Under the pieces are notes generated by a model. It did not search any database. It was not told the DNA's origin and saw only the letters and a program-made list of their open reading frames with translations. Positions 47,692 to 57,290 of a stretch of DNA of 64,000 nt are shown one piece after another (the stretch's first letter is position 1; every line of letters starts with the position of its first letter). A program made the translations under genes and the position numbers. This DNA comes from a virus (Duplodnaviria > Caudoviricetes). The stretch is taken from positions 1 to 64,000 of IMG/VR virus record IMGVR_UViG_3300044556_000025; one strand, 5' to 3'.

Positions 47692-48387
47692 ATGGATGAT
47701 CATAAAAGAAGTTACAGTATTATCACTAACTTCGGATGTGACAGGAATTGCCCGTATTGTATTTCAAAGCTTGGAGGGCACGGAATTCCGCATACAAGCT
47801 TAAGTGAAACTATTGCTTCGTTTATATCAATAGCTAAAACTGCTGAAATTACATCACTGTCTGTCTCTGGCGGCGGAGATCCTCTTTTTGAAATAACTAA
47901 CGAAGACGCTAAGGTAGACTGGTATTCAACCATAACTTCGTTTTGTGCGTTTAATAACATTAAATCAAAGATTCATACTTCGTATTTCAAAGATATTAGT
48001 CAAACTCAGAAAGATATAATTTCTAAATTTGATCTTGTTTCGTATCATTTATTCGATGTTAAAGACATCCAATGCGTTGAGAGGATAAAGCAAGAGTGCG
48101 TTCGAGTAGTTTTTGTAGTATCCCCAGATTTCACCACACAAAAGATAGACAAAATTAAACAAGAAGTTTCTGAGAATGACAATATAAATCAGCTTACGTT
48201 TCGTCAGTACGTTTCAAACGACTATATGCCCGTCCGAGTATGCGAAGACTACTTAGTACAAGGAGAGCATCAAAGCTACTGGAAATACGTTAGGCAAGGT
48301 GATTACAACAACTATATTGTCAACAACAAGCTGTATTTTAGATTTAAAGACATATTGATAGATGAGAATTTCCAGAAGATCGTTTAA
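47692..48387 (+). CDS. Radical SAM protein
   Basis: CDRNCPYC, SGGGDPL. Confidence 0.85.
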   Translation: MDDHKRSYSIITNFGCDRNCPYCISKLGGHGIPHTSLSETIASFISIAKTAEITSLSVSGGGDPLFEITNEDAKVDWYSTITSFCAFNNIKSKIHTSYFKDISQTQKDIISKFDLVSYHLFDVKDIQCVERIKQECVRVVFVVSPDFTTQKIDKIKQEVSENDNINQLTFRQYVSNDYMPVRVCEDYLVQGEHQSYWKYVRQGDYNNYIVNNKLYFRFKDILIDENFQKIV

Positions 48388-48547
48388 CTAATTAAACAGC
48401 GGAAGCAATACGTTGAAAGCACTATACGCTGGCAATGACATGAAAATCGGAAATCTCAATTTAACAATTAGCTTTGACACCACACCACCAAAACGATTAT
48501 AATCATAACCAGAAACAAACAACGACGAAACAACGGAATTACAGATA

Positions 48548-48694
48548 ATGAAAACAGAACTCAACAAAGGACAACACTCAGTATACCTACTAACATACCA
48601 CCCCGTACTCGTCGTCAAATACCGCCACAAAGCAATAACCGAACAAATCGCCATCATCAAACAATACATCGCAAGCAGCCAACAAGGCAAGTGA
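48548..48694 (+). pseudogene. tnpA: Internally deleted tnpA (Y1)
   Basis: N-terminal HSVYLLTYH.V.VVKYR fused directly to C-terminal IIKQYI..QQG; HUH motif missing. Confidence 0.85.
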
Positions 48695-48700
48695 CAGACG

Positions 48701-50248
48701 ATGACAACGCACGCCTTCAAGACACAACACGGAGAGGAATACCGCATATACCCGAACACCGAAGCACAGCACTACTTCCACTGCAACTTCGGCTGCACCC
48801 GCAAGATGTACAACCTCCGCGTAGCCCAAATCACCGACGAGCAAACCGCCTACTTTGCCTATAAAGACGAGCACGACGGCTCACCAATCGGCTTCAACTA
48901 CCACTGGATCACCGAAAAAGAAGCCAAACAAGAATACGAATACATGCGAGACGTCGATAGCCTCGCGCTCATGAATGCCCGCAAGAACTTCGACAAAGCA
49001 TTCAAAGGCTACACCAAAGGCAAAAACGGCAAACCAAAATTCAAAAGCAAGAACCACTACCCAAGAACATTCAAAACAAACAACCTGACAACGCCGAGCG
49101 GTGACACAATCAGCATCTACCAATCGAGGGACAGCAAAACAAGCTACTTCCTGCACTTGCCAAAACTTGGCAAGCACGGCGGTGACGTGCCAATCGTCAT
49201 AAATAGACATATCAACGGGCGAATTCTCAACGTCACCATCAAGTACACCGCATCAGGCAAATGGTTCGCATCAATCTGCTACGAAGAAATCATCACCGTA
49301 GAAGATGACGCCGATGAACTTGTTGCACAGTTGCTTACTATGACCGATGACGAGCTCGTGATGGCACTCTTCGCCGGTGACCTGGGACTGAAGACGTTCC
49401 TGACAAGCAATGATGGAACGTTCTTCGACGATCCCTGCCTTGATGACTACAAGAAGCTTCAAAAGAAGCTGCATAAAGCGCAGCGCAAGCTCGGCAAGAA
49501 ATGTGCACGTTTGAAGAAGGAGAACAAAGCATTATGTGACGCTAAAAACTACCAGAAACAGCGGCAGAAGGTCGCACGTATTCAGGAGAAAATCAGGAAC
49601 AAGCGGCATGATTTCCTGCATAAGCTCTCGCGTGAGCTCGTCAATAACCACGATGTGCTCATATTCGAGGATTTGTGTGTAAGGGGCATGCTGAAGAATC
49701 ATTTCCTGGCGCGTGGTATTTCTGATGCTGGTTGGGGCGCTTTTCTAACGTACTGCCAGTACAAGTGTGAATGGGCTGGTAAGAAATTTGTCAAGATTGA
49801 TCGTTTCTTTCCGTCTACGCAGTTGTGCTCGGTATGTTTTGAGAAGGTTGGTCCCAAGGGGCTCAGTGGGTTGGGTGTTCGTTCTTGGGTTTGTCCTGAG
49901 TGTGGTGTTGAGTTCGATCGTGATTTGAATGCGGCGTGGAACATCTTGTTTGAGGGTTTGCGTGTGTTGGGTGGGTCTGATGCGCGTTGGCTTGTGGTGT
50001 TGTCGCGTGTGCGTTCGTGGTATGTTGCATCCGTGATGGGGTGCTGCGCCGATGGGACGTCGGTTAAGAGCTTGGGTGTGTCTGCGAACGGCGTGGGGTC
50101 CGCTGTGGACACGAAAGCTGGCATGTACACTGTAAAGCAGCCCAGTGTTTCAAGCGGCAGTAATGTCGTTGCTGGGTGTGGTCTAGGCGAGCCGGTTGTT
50201 TCCAAGAAGAAGGATTGCATGATTTCTTACGCTTCAGTCGGGGCGTAG
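48701..50248 (+). CDS. tnpB: TnpB RNA-guided nuclease with an extended C-terminus
   Basis: RIYP..FGC.R..YN, GDLG, FEDL, CSVC/CPECG, DRDLNAA. Confidence 0.92.
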   Translation: MTTHAFKTQHGEEYRIYPNTEAQHYFHCNFGCTRKMYNLRVAQITDEQTAYFAYKDEHDGSPIGFNYHWITEKEAKQEYEYMRDVDSLALMNARKNFDKAFKGYTKGKNGKPKFKSKNHYPRTFKTNNLTTPSGDTISIYQSRDSKTSYFLHLPKLGKHGGDVPIVINRHINGRILNVTIKYTASGKWFASICYEEIITVEDDADELVAQLLTMTDDELVMALFAGDLGLKTFLTSNDGTFFDDPCLDDYKKLQKKLHKAQRKLGKKCARLKKENKALCDAKNYQKQRQKVARIQEKIRNKRHDFLHKLSRELVNNHDVLIFEDLCVRGMLKNHFLARGISDAGWGAFLTYCQYKCEWAGKKFVKIDRFFPSTQLCSVCFEKVGPKGLSGLGVRSWVCPECGVEFDRDLNAAWNILFEGLRVLGGSDARWLVVLSRVRSWYVASVMGCCADGTSVKSLGVSANGVGSAVDTKAGMYTVKQPSVSSGSNVVAGCGLGEPVVSKKKDCMISYASVGA

Positions 50249-50546
50249 CAGTTCAGAAGCCCCTCCTGAACCACGGCTCAGGAGGGGAGGTTCATACCAT
50301 TCAATTTGACGGATGTCATCATAATAGCCCAAGCGCTATTTGGGTTAGGGTGTTTTACGATAGATCTCATAGATACGAAGTCTTTCTGTACTCTAGTCTA
50401 GACAGCCTTTTCAGTAACTGGGCAAAAGATAATCATTCGCCATTCTTGAACCGAATTTTGTGTGTATAACGTAAAATCATATACATATATATAATACATT
50501 GTATGATAAAAAATTGTTAAACAATGTATTATGAAGGATGATTTAA

Positions 50547-50744
50547 ATGGGTCAAGACTACACGTTTGTGCAGGTAGTAATATGCGATAACTGTCAATTC
50601 TGCACAGACAAAGAGCTGATGAACGGTCATCGTCGTCGCGGGTTCTGCAGAAAGGGGCACAGCTGGGTTCCGCTAGGAAGAGAAAAGCAGTGCATGTATC
50701 ATCAAACTAAAGGAGACAGACATGCTAAAACTTGGCGAAGGTAA
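50547..50744 (+). CDS. Small Cys-rich protein
   Basis: CDNCQFC motif; RBS. Confidence 0.55.
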   Translation: MGQDYTFVQVVICDNCQFCTDKELMNGHRRRGFCRKGHSWVPLGREKQCMYHQTKGDRHAKTWRR

Positions 50745-51144
50745 TCGAGAAGTTTCAAAGCTTGAGTTTCCGAAGGATCATAACGGTCACACTATCAGGT
50801 TTGGAACGTTTGTATGCCCGGAAGGTCAGTCTTTTGTTGACAACGTAAACCTTGCCGAACCCGTTAAAGAAATCCGTTTTTATAAGAACGGCAACGGCAG
50901 AATTTCTGCCGGTAAAAATAACCGCTCGCAGTACGTCTTCCGTGACGGGGTAGTAAACGACGCTTTTGTACTTACGTTCGAGTACATGATGGATTGGCTT
51001 AAGAAGTGCTCAAATCGCGAGGAAGAGATTTCTGCTAAGGGTAAGGAAATGACTGAAAAAGACTTTGCAGAGCTCGAAATTCTTACAATTAGTATTCGAA
51101 AGGCAAGCACTATCATTTCTAGCATTGCTCTGTTTGGAGAATAG
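50722..51144 (+). CDS. Hypothetical protein
   Basis: AAGGAG RBS. Confidence 0.7.
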   Translation: MLKLGEGNREVSKLEFPKDHNGHTIRFGTFVCPEGQSFVDNVNLAEPVKEIRFYKNGNGRISAGKNNRSQYVFRDGVVNDAFVLTFEYMMDWLKKCSNREEEISAKGKEMTEKDFAELEILTISIRKASTIISSIALFGE

Positions 51145-51145
51145 C

Positions 51146-51424
51146 ATGGCAAAGTACATGAAAAAGCCCGTAGTAATCGAAGCTTTTAAGTCCGGAATCG
51201 ACAAATGGCCCGACTGGTTTTCTAAAGCTATCGAAGACGGAACGGTAAAGTTTCCGGACGACAAAGGATTTAAGACAAACGTATATTGCACTATCGAAAC
51301 GTTAGAAGGAACTCACATCGCCTCTATCGGAGACTATATCGTTCGAGGGGTAGAGGGCGAGCTTTACCCTTGCAAGTACGAAATTTTTGAAATGACATAT
51401 GACAAGGTACCTGAAGACAAGTGA
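51146..51424 (+). CDS. Conserved phage protein (KKPVVIEA/TLEG/GDYI family)
   Basis: Motifs; paralogue at 62610. Confidence 0.8.
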   Translation: MAKYMKKPVVIEAFKSGIDKWPDWFSKAIEDGTVKFPDDKGFKTNVYCTIETLEGTHIASIGDYIVRGVEGELYPCKYEIFEMTYDKVPEDK

Positions 51425-51547
51425 GTTTAGATACTCCAAGTTTGCAAGTATATCGGAATATACTTTAAAGATCGTCTATACATTGTAAACGATTCTTCTC
51501 TTCAGTATTAAAAATATCAAGTCATCCGGCTGTAAAACTTGTATTAT

Positions 51548-51581
51548 AGGTATTGACTTTTCATAAGTCGGTACTTATAAT
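51548..51581 (+). promoter_or_regulatory. Early promoter
   Basis: AGGTA-TTGACT-17-TATAAT. Confidence 0.85.
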
Positions 51582-51620
51582 ATTGTTGTAGGAAGGGAAG
51601 AGTCGTCAGAAGGAGATATC

Positions 51621-52076
51621 ATGTCGTCTCTCAATCGCGTCAACAATCTCAATCTCAGAACCATCAGCGAAGACGATCTTTACGATAACTACCCCAATTT
51701 TCTCATCACTGCCGATAAGATCGACATGCACGTCAATCGCAACGGAGAGATTTCGAAGCGATTTATTCGCAAAGAACATATCGAGAAGTTTGCATACACT
51801 GAGAACGAAGCATTCAACATCGGTTATGACATCGTATATAATCTCTCTAAGAATAACCGCCTGGTAGAATTTGTCAAAGACGAAAACGGCAATCTCATTC
51901 ACGTCGTATATTGGGTTATCTCAAAGTCCATTATCAACGGAGTAGACGAAGGTCATCAGTACCCTGACATTGAGACCCTCGATAGCGTCAACGATAAGTA
52001 CGATGACTCAAACGTTTGCTACCTTTACAACGCTCTGAAAGACGGATACAAGGCAACTCACCTAGACGTAGCATAG
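51621..52076 (+). CDS. Hypothetical early protein
   Basis: AAGGAG RBS; C-ending codons. Confidence 0.8.
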   Translation: MSSLNRVNNLNLRTISEDDLYDNYPNFLITADKIDMHVNRNGEISKRFIRKEHIEKFAYTENEAFNIGYDIVYNLSKNNRLVEFVKDENGNLIHVVYWVISKSIINGVDEGHQYPDIETLDSVNDKYDDSNVCYLYNALKDGYKATHLDVA

Positions 52077-52144
52077 CATCATCGTTAGCTAAGCCCGAGG
52101 GCCGTAAGGTTCGCGGGCACCTAGTTTAACCGGGGGTTAATATC

Positions 52145-52402
52145 TTGAGTAACAAAACTCAGGTACTAGAATTCAACGATCATGCTTATAGCAGTGTGTA
52201 TTCTGCATATAGTATATTGAAGAATCTCTCTGATCCGGCACGCGAAGTTAGAGACAAACTAAATGACCCTGAGCATACTGGCATATCTAAGGGTGACTAT
52301 CGTCGATTCTGTCAGCAACTTGACAGATGCAACGAAGATCTCAGTAAGCTGTGTGCAATGATAGACGCAATTATCGACGATTCGGTGCTGAGCAATGATT
52401 GA
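52145..52402 (+). CDS. Hypothetical protein
   Basis: TTG start with a GGGGG RBS. Confidence 0.6.
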   Translation: MSNKTQVLEFNDHAYSSVYSAYSILKNLSDPAREVRDKLNDPEHTGISKGDYRRFCQQLDRCNEDLSKLCAMIDAIIDDSVLSND

Positions 52403-52994
52403 GAAGTATTCGTTCGGGCAAGACGTCCCTCCCAGCATCCACAACAACGTTATTGACTTGTATAAGTCGTGGGAAGCAGACGAAATACGAGCCGATCTTC
52501 AGCCTCGTAGAAACGACATGATAAGCGTTTGCCAGAATCTTTCCCACGACTTTAACAAAGCCGTAGTTGTTCGATCTAATAACGCATTTCTCGGCAAGGC
52601 TGTTTACATTGTTGGACGACGTCGATACGATAGGCGAGGAACTGTCGGAACATATCACTACGAAAACGTTTATCACGCTGACTCTATGAGAGAAGTAATC
52701 GATTTACTTCATTCTAACAATTACACGGTTTTTGGGATAGATAATAACGTCACTACCAATAAGATACCAAAGCAGCTAGGAACGTTTGAGATACCGCGGC
52801 TCTCAGCCTTTGTATACGGTGAAGAAACGACTGGACTATCTGATGACACTATAAATCTATGCGATGATCTCGTTTATATACGTCAGCAAGGGAGCGTTCG
52901 TAGCTTAAACGTATCATGTGCAGCAACGTGTTGTATGTACGAATACACACGTCAATGGGCGTCTAACACTGTCCCTAACAAGTTCGTGAGGTGA
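52395..52994 (+). CDS. SpoU/TrmH-family RNA 2'-O-methyltransferase
   Basis: N..VVRS..AF, YGEETTGL, GSVRSLNVS.A. Confidence 0.9.
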   Translation: MIEKYSFGQDVPPSIHNNVIDLYKSWEADEIRADLQPRRNDMISVCQNLSHDFNKAVVVRSNNAFLGKAVYIVGRRRYDRRGTVGTYHYENVYHADSMREVIDLLHSNNYTVFGIDNNVTTNKIPKQLGTFEIPRLSAFVYGEETTGLSDDTINLCDDLVYIRQQGSVRSLNVSCAATCCMYEYTRQWASNTVPNKFVR

Positions 52995-52998
52995 TATT

Positions 52999-53430
52999 TT
53001 GTCTGCCAAAGTTTTGTCTCGACATATGACCGAAATTAACAAAGACAACTGGCCTATAATGTTGTGTGCCGAAGTAATTCCTCTTAAAGTGTTCGAGTCT
53101 ACAAAGTTTCTGGCCATTCTTTATAAACAGCGAGCTAACGATCTAGTTCGTCTTACTGTACGAAAGAAGTCAAAGAAGCGAGACGGCAATTGGGAAGACG
53201 GAATTACTTGGGACGAGCTTCAGACCATAAAGAACGAGTGTTTAGGAGAAGACGTAGAGTGTATAGAAGTTTACCCAAAACAGAGTGACGTTATAAACGT
53301 GTCTAATATGCGTCACCTTTGGGTACTAGACGAACCTTGTAAGTATCGTTTTCCAAAAGAGAAATCGATGTCTGACAGCGAAGCTGCAATGTTAGCTATT
53401 ACACAACTTCTAACATCTTATAAAGGGTAA
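52999..53430 (+). CDS. Conserved phage protein
   Basis: ITWDELQTIK..EVYP..NMRHLW motif. Confidence 0.7.
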   Translation: MSAKVLSRHMTEINKDNWPIMLCAEVIPLKVFESTKFLAILYKQRANDLVRLTVRKKSKKRDGNWEDGITWDELQTIKNECLGEDVECIEVYPKQSDVINVSNMRHLWVLDEPCKYRFPKEKSMSDSEAAMLAITQLLTSYKG

Positions 53431-53432
53431 AC

Positions 53433-53906
53433 ATGTACAACGACAGATTTATGGCAGAGGCAATTATAGAAGCTAATCTTGGTGTAATTAGGAGAGACGG
53501 AGGACCGTTTGGTTCTGTAGTTGTAAAAGACGGTAAAGTTATCGGTCGAGGGCATAACGAGGTTCTCAAAAACGAAGACCCTACGTGTCACGGAGAAATC
53601 CAAGCTATTAGAGACGCTTGTAATAAATTAGACACATTCGACTTGTCAGGGTGCGAGTTATACACGACGTCTGAGCCTTGTGGTATGTGCCTATACGCAT
53701 GTATGTGGGCACGAATCGACAAAGTGTATTATGGGTGTACGGTAGAAGACGCAGCGTCAATCGGTTTCGATGATCGTCAATTCGACAAAATTACTGGTCT
53801 TAACAGGGATAATGTTAAATCGTTTATTATTGAAACCAACGAAGGGCGTGATAATTGTGTCAAGCTATTCGAACGCTACGTCAAAACAAATCCGCAAACT
53901 TACTGA
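53433..53906 (+). CDS. Guanine/nucleoside deaminase (CDA fold)
   Basis: GGPFG, DPTCHGE, EPCGMC. Confidence 0.9.
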   Translation: MYNDRFMAEAIIEANLGVIRRDGGPFGSVVVKDGKVIGRGHNEVLKNEDPTCHGEIQAIRDACNKLDTFDLSGCELYTTSEPCGMCLYACMWARIDKVYYGCTVEDAASIGFDDRQFDKITGLNRDNVKSFIIETNEGRDNCVKLFERYVKTNPQTY

Positions 53907-54315
53907 TCCAATTAGAGATAACCCCGGAGAGGGAAAACTCTACGTTCATGATTTCGACAAATTGAGGCGCCCATCGTATCTACTAGTGAACGCTATGATA
54001 AATCGTCGTCATCTAACTGACTATTTAAGTCACACAGATAAGTTCTATCACATGTTATTTGACTTCGAAACGATATATGCCGTCACGTCGGTGGCATTCA
54101 TTTATGGAATTCAAAACGGCAATTGGGCATGTTTGCCTTCGGAGATAATAGTAGCTACCGGTTTACTTTACGCAATTTGTTCTATTCTTACGTATGTTCG
54201 TTATAGGGTTGTAAAGAGCGAGATAGCTCGACAGTTACAAGATATAAGTGACTTTGTGTCTTTCTTGCAAGGTGTACTTTACAATGATTTCGAATATTAC
54301 TCAAAGGCAGAGTAA
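53770..54315 (+). CDS. Membrane protein (true start probably downstream)
   Basis: Two hydrophobic segments. Confidence 0.5.
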   Translation: MIVNSTKLLVLTGIMLNRLLLKPTKGVIIVSSYSNATSKQIRKLTDPIRDNPGEGKLYVHDFDKLRRPSYLLVNAMINRRHLTDYLSHTDKFYHMLFDFETIYAVTSVAFIYGIQNGNWACLPSEIIVATGLLYAICSILTYVRYRVVKSEIARQLQDISDFVSFLQGVLYNDFEYYSKAE

Positions 54316-54318
54316 AGT

Positions 54319-56343
54319 ATGAATTTAATACAACGTGCTTCCGAGTCTAAAATGCGAGAACTTATAAATAAATTGAACCAGGCTGCAAACGCATACTACA
54401 ACGGTAAAGAGCTTATTACAAATTTCGAATACGACAGTATGCTAGACGAGCTAACAAAGCTTGAAAAGTCTTGTAATTTAGTACTCCCAGATAGTCCGAA
54501 TGCTAACGTAGGGTACGAAACATGTTCTTCGGACAAAGTATTGCACGAGTTTCCAGCAAAGTCTCTCGACAAGACAAAAGACGTGTCTAAGTTTAGAGAA
54601 AACTTTGTTCGGCGCGGTGGCAACTTAGACAAAGTCGCTCTAATGTGGAAAATGGACGGTTGTACGCTTCAGCTTACATATGACGACGGCAAACTAGTAT
54701 GCGCAGCTACCAGAGGAGACGGCTACCAAGGTCAGAACGTAACAAATAACGCTAAATATATTGACGGAATACCACAAACGGTTCATGACAAGTCTAAATT
54801 TACGGTGCGCGGGGAAGCTGTTATTTCTTACAAAGACTTCGAATTTATCAATTCTACGTTAGACGATTCTGAAAAATTCAAGAACCCTCGCAACTTGGCA
54901 TCAGCGTCTGTCACACTAAAAGACGAAGACGAAGTTAAGAATCGTCATATTAAGTTCTTCATGTTCGAACTTGTAGATCACGAAAAGAAGCGTAGCTGGG
55001 ACTTCTATGATCGAGTAGTAACGTTTTCAGAGAAAAACGGTATCAATCACGTATTCTTGAAGATTGTAGATGTAAACAAAGACACGGATAACTCGCCGTA
55101 CATAGAAGACGTAATTAGCAGCAATGATTTCGACCCTAAACTCTATCCTTATCCCGTTGACGGTCTAGTCGGTGCATATCTCAACACAGAAATTACGGAT
55201 AGCCTCGAGGGTACGGCACACCACCCCAACACACTTTACAGCTATGCGCTTAAGTGGGAAGACAAGCCAGAGCAAACGACAATTCGTGACATTGTCTGGC
55301 AGCCGTCTAGAACAGGTCTACTTAACCCGGTAGCTATTTTCGACCCAGTTGAAATTGATGGTACTACTGTTACAAAGGCTTCTCTACATAACGTGTCAAT
55401 AATGAAAAAGCTTCACATTCACGTAGGTGACAAAGTTTCAGTCATAAAAGCTAATATGATAATACCACAGATTGTAGAAAATCTTTCTGACTGCCAAGAT
55501 AGGGACGAAAATTACGAATACAATCTTAGAGTAATATGCCCCGAGTGTGGAGAGCACGGATATCTAATACATTCTAAAAATGGCATACTTAATATGTATT
55601 GCCTCAACCCGAAGTGCTCGGCAATACTAATAGATGACATAACACACTACTGTTCTCGAGAGTGTATGGATATACAGGGTCTTTCGTACAAGACAATAGA
55701 GAGGTTTGTACATAAAGGCATTATTTCTTGTATAGCTGACATCTACAAGCTAGATGATCATAAAGATGAAATACTTTCAATGACTGGTTTCGACAAAATC
55801 TCCTACAACAACATAATTTCTTCTATAGAACATTCGTCTAAACATTGCACATTTACAAAGTTTGTTTCCGGCCTAGGAATAGCTCACATTGGCAGGTCTC
55901 AAGCTCAGAAGCTTTCTAACTTCTTTAAGGGCGATATTGGTAATTTCTTAGACTTCGAAGCTGACAAATTTGTTTCAATGTCTATACCGGGGTTTGGATC
56001 GCAAATATTAGCTTCCTTAGCTACGTGGGCTGTCAGCGACCGTCATAAAGAAGCCGATGACATCTATTCGTGCCTTATTCCATATATTAATACAGAAACT
56101 TCCAAAGGAAATATACTGAACGGACTTACGTTTGTCATAACCGGTAGTCTTAATCGCTTCAAGAATAGGAAAGAGCTCGAAGACAATATTGTTTCGAACG
56201 GAGGATCTGTTAGCTCGTCTGTCTCTAAGAACACATGTTATCTTATTTGTAATAAGCCGTCTACGTCGTCTAAATACAAGAAAGCCGAAAGCTTGGAAAT
56301 TCCGATAATCGACGAAGACAAATATATGGAAATGCTGGTATAG
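54319..56343 (+). CDS. ligA: NAD-dependent DNA ligase
   Basis: KMDG, TRGDG, RGE, NPRN, RTG, SLHN, Zn finger, BRCT. Confidence 0.96.
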   Translation: MNLIQRASESKMRELINKLNQAANAYYNGKELITNFEYDSMLDELTKLEKSCNLVLPDSPNANVGYETCSSDKVLHEFPAKSLDKTKDVSKFRENFVRRGGNLDKVALMWKMDGCTLQLTYDDGKLVCAATRGDGYQGQNVTNNAKYIDGIPQTVHDKSKFTVRGEAVISYKDFEFINSTLDDSEKFKNPRNLASASVTLKDEDEVKNRHIKFFMFELVDHEKKRSWDFYDRVVTFSEKNGINHVFLKIVDVNKDTDNSPYIEDVISSNDFDPKLYPYPVDGLVGAYLNTEITDSLEGTAHHPNTLYSYALKWEDKPEQTTIRDIVWQPSRTGLLNPVAIFDPVEIDGTTVTKASLHNVSIMKKLHIHVGDKVSVIKANMIIPQIVENLSDCQDRDENYEYNLRVICPECGEHGYLIHSKNGILNMYCLNPKCSAILIDDITHYCSRECMDIQGLSYKTIERFVHKGIISCIADIYKLDDHKDEILSMTGFDKISYNNIISSIEHSSKHCTFTKFVSGLGIAHIGRSQAQKLSNFFKGDIGNFLDFEADKFVSMSIPGFGSQILASLATWAVSDRHKEADDIYSCLIPYINTETSKGNILNGLTFVITGSLNRFKNRKELEDNIVSNGGSVSSSVSKNTCYLICNKPSTSSKYKKAESLEIPIIDEDKYMEMLV

Positions 56344-56514
56344 ATGTTAAATTACGGACTAATAAACGCAGCAGTCGTCCTAGCTATCGTATGCATGTTG
56401 CCTCTAGCTATTACGGCAATTTACTCTGTAGCAGAGTTCATTGTGGTAGTTATGGAAGTAATAGTTGACATGGTGTGTGACATATTTCACATTAATTCCG
56501 ACAAAGACGACTAA
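56344..56514 (+). CDS. Small membrane protein
   Basis: MLNYGLINAAVVLAIVC... open 56-aa hydrophobic ORF abutting ligA. Confidence 0.5.
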   Translation: MLNYGLINAAVVLAIVCMLPLAITAIYSVAEFIVVVMEVIVDMVCDIFHINSDKDD

Positions 56515-56515
56515 T

Positions 56516-56550
56516 AGGTATTGACATTTACCTCTGATTCGCTATATAAT
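56516..56550 (+). promoter_or_regulatory. Early promoter
   Basis: AGGTA-TTGACA-18-TATAAT. Confidence 0.8.
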
Positions 56551-56588
56551 ATTTGTTACAGAACAAAGTCAGGCGAACGGAGAGCATT

Positions 56589-56843
56589 ATGTTCTGGATC
56601 TTCCTTATTATCGTTGCCGGTGCGGTAGGAATTTATCTCATCTCTTGGATCGCATTGCTGTTCATTTTCTGCGTACTCGTGTCGTTCCTTGCGACGGGTG
56701 ACGTTGCAGGCGCAGTTGCGTGCATCGTCGGTCTCGCTTTCATATTCTTGATTGAGAAGACGAGACTCAGTAACACTGGCAGTTCTAGTAGCAATAACAC
56801 TTCATCTTCTGAAAATTCTAATAGCAATCAAGAAAATTCTTAA
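56589..56843 (+). CDS. Early membrane protein
   Basis: GGAG RBS; hydrophobic with an S/N tail. Confidence 0.7.
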   Translation: MFWIFLIIVAGAVGIYLISWIALLFIFCVLVSFLATGDVAGAVACIVGLAFIFLIEKTRLSNTGSSSSNNTSSSENSNSNQENS

Positions 56844-56844
56844 T

Positions 56845-56877
56845 AGGTATTGACATTCTCTGTCGAGTATCTATAAT
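56845..56877 (+). promoter_or_regulatory. Early promoter
   Basis: AGGTA-TTGACA-16-TATAAT. Confidence 0.8.
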
Positions 56878-56923
56878 ATAGTCAACGGCCAAGATATCAA
56901 TCAACGTCCAGAAGGAGTATATC

Positions 56924-57223
56924 ATGTGCCACAACAAGAACGAGCTCAGGTCTGCAGTTGCTAAGTATCGTCGTCTCCGCGCTCAGAAGGACGATATCGA
57001 TCGTCAGCTCAAGGATGCTCAGCAAGACATCTTCGACTATTTCGAGTACAACGGAATCTCAGCCGGTCAGAAGATCCAGGGACAGAACTACATCGTGTCC
57101 TACTCGAACGTCATCTCGAATCGCTGGGATAGCAAGCTCCTCGACTCGTTCCTCGCGTCTGAGGGCAGGAGTGCAAGCGAATTCAAGACTTCGTCTTCCT
57201 ATCGTCGCCTCAATGTAAAGTAG
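56924..57223 (+). CDS. Hypothetical early protein
   Basis: AAGGAG RBS; strongly C/G-ending codons. Confidence 0.8.
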   Translation: MCHNKNELRSAVAKYRRLRAQKDDIDRQLKDAQQDIFDYFEYNGISAGQKIQGQNYIVSYSNVISNRWDSKLLDSFLASEGRSASEFKTSSSYRRLNVK

Positions 57224-57235
57224 CTTAGATCCTTC

Positions 57236-57279
57236 GAGCGTAGCAGAAGTAAATAAAATCTGCTACGCTCGTTATTTTT
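57236..57279 (+). terminator. Intrinsic terminator
   Basis: GAGCGTAGCAGA...TCTGCTACGCTC followed by a T-run. Confidence 0.7.
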
Positions 57280-57290
57280 AGTTCAAGGCG

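Larger units (their letters stand above)
48479..50295 (+). mobile_element. Non-autonomous IS200/IS605 element (left end tentative)
   Basis: Putative TTGAC target; right-end hairpin CCCCTCCTGA..TCAGGAGGGG followed by TTCAT; abrupt composition change. Confidence 0.78.
48440..50469 (+). pseudogene. ~70-aa gene interrupted by the IS (48440-48478 + 50296-50469)
   Basis: Removing the IS rejoins MKIGNLNLTISFD|TIQFDGCHH...ILCV* in frame. Confidence 0.5.

Noticed and set aside
49699-50220. 173-aa antisense ORF in tnpB, and long antisense ORFs in the GC-rich island
   Set aside because: Explained by compositional skew or high GC; no RBS or protein motifs
35113-50295. IStrons or nuclease-dead TnpB (TldR)
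   Set aside because: There is no room for a group I intron at the left ends, and the RuvC acidic residues are present in both TnpBs
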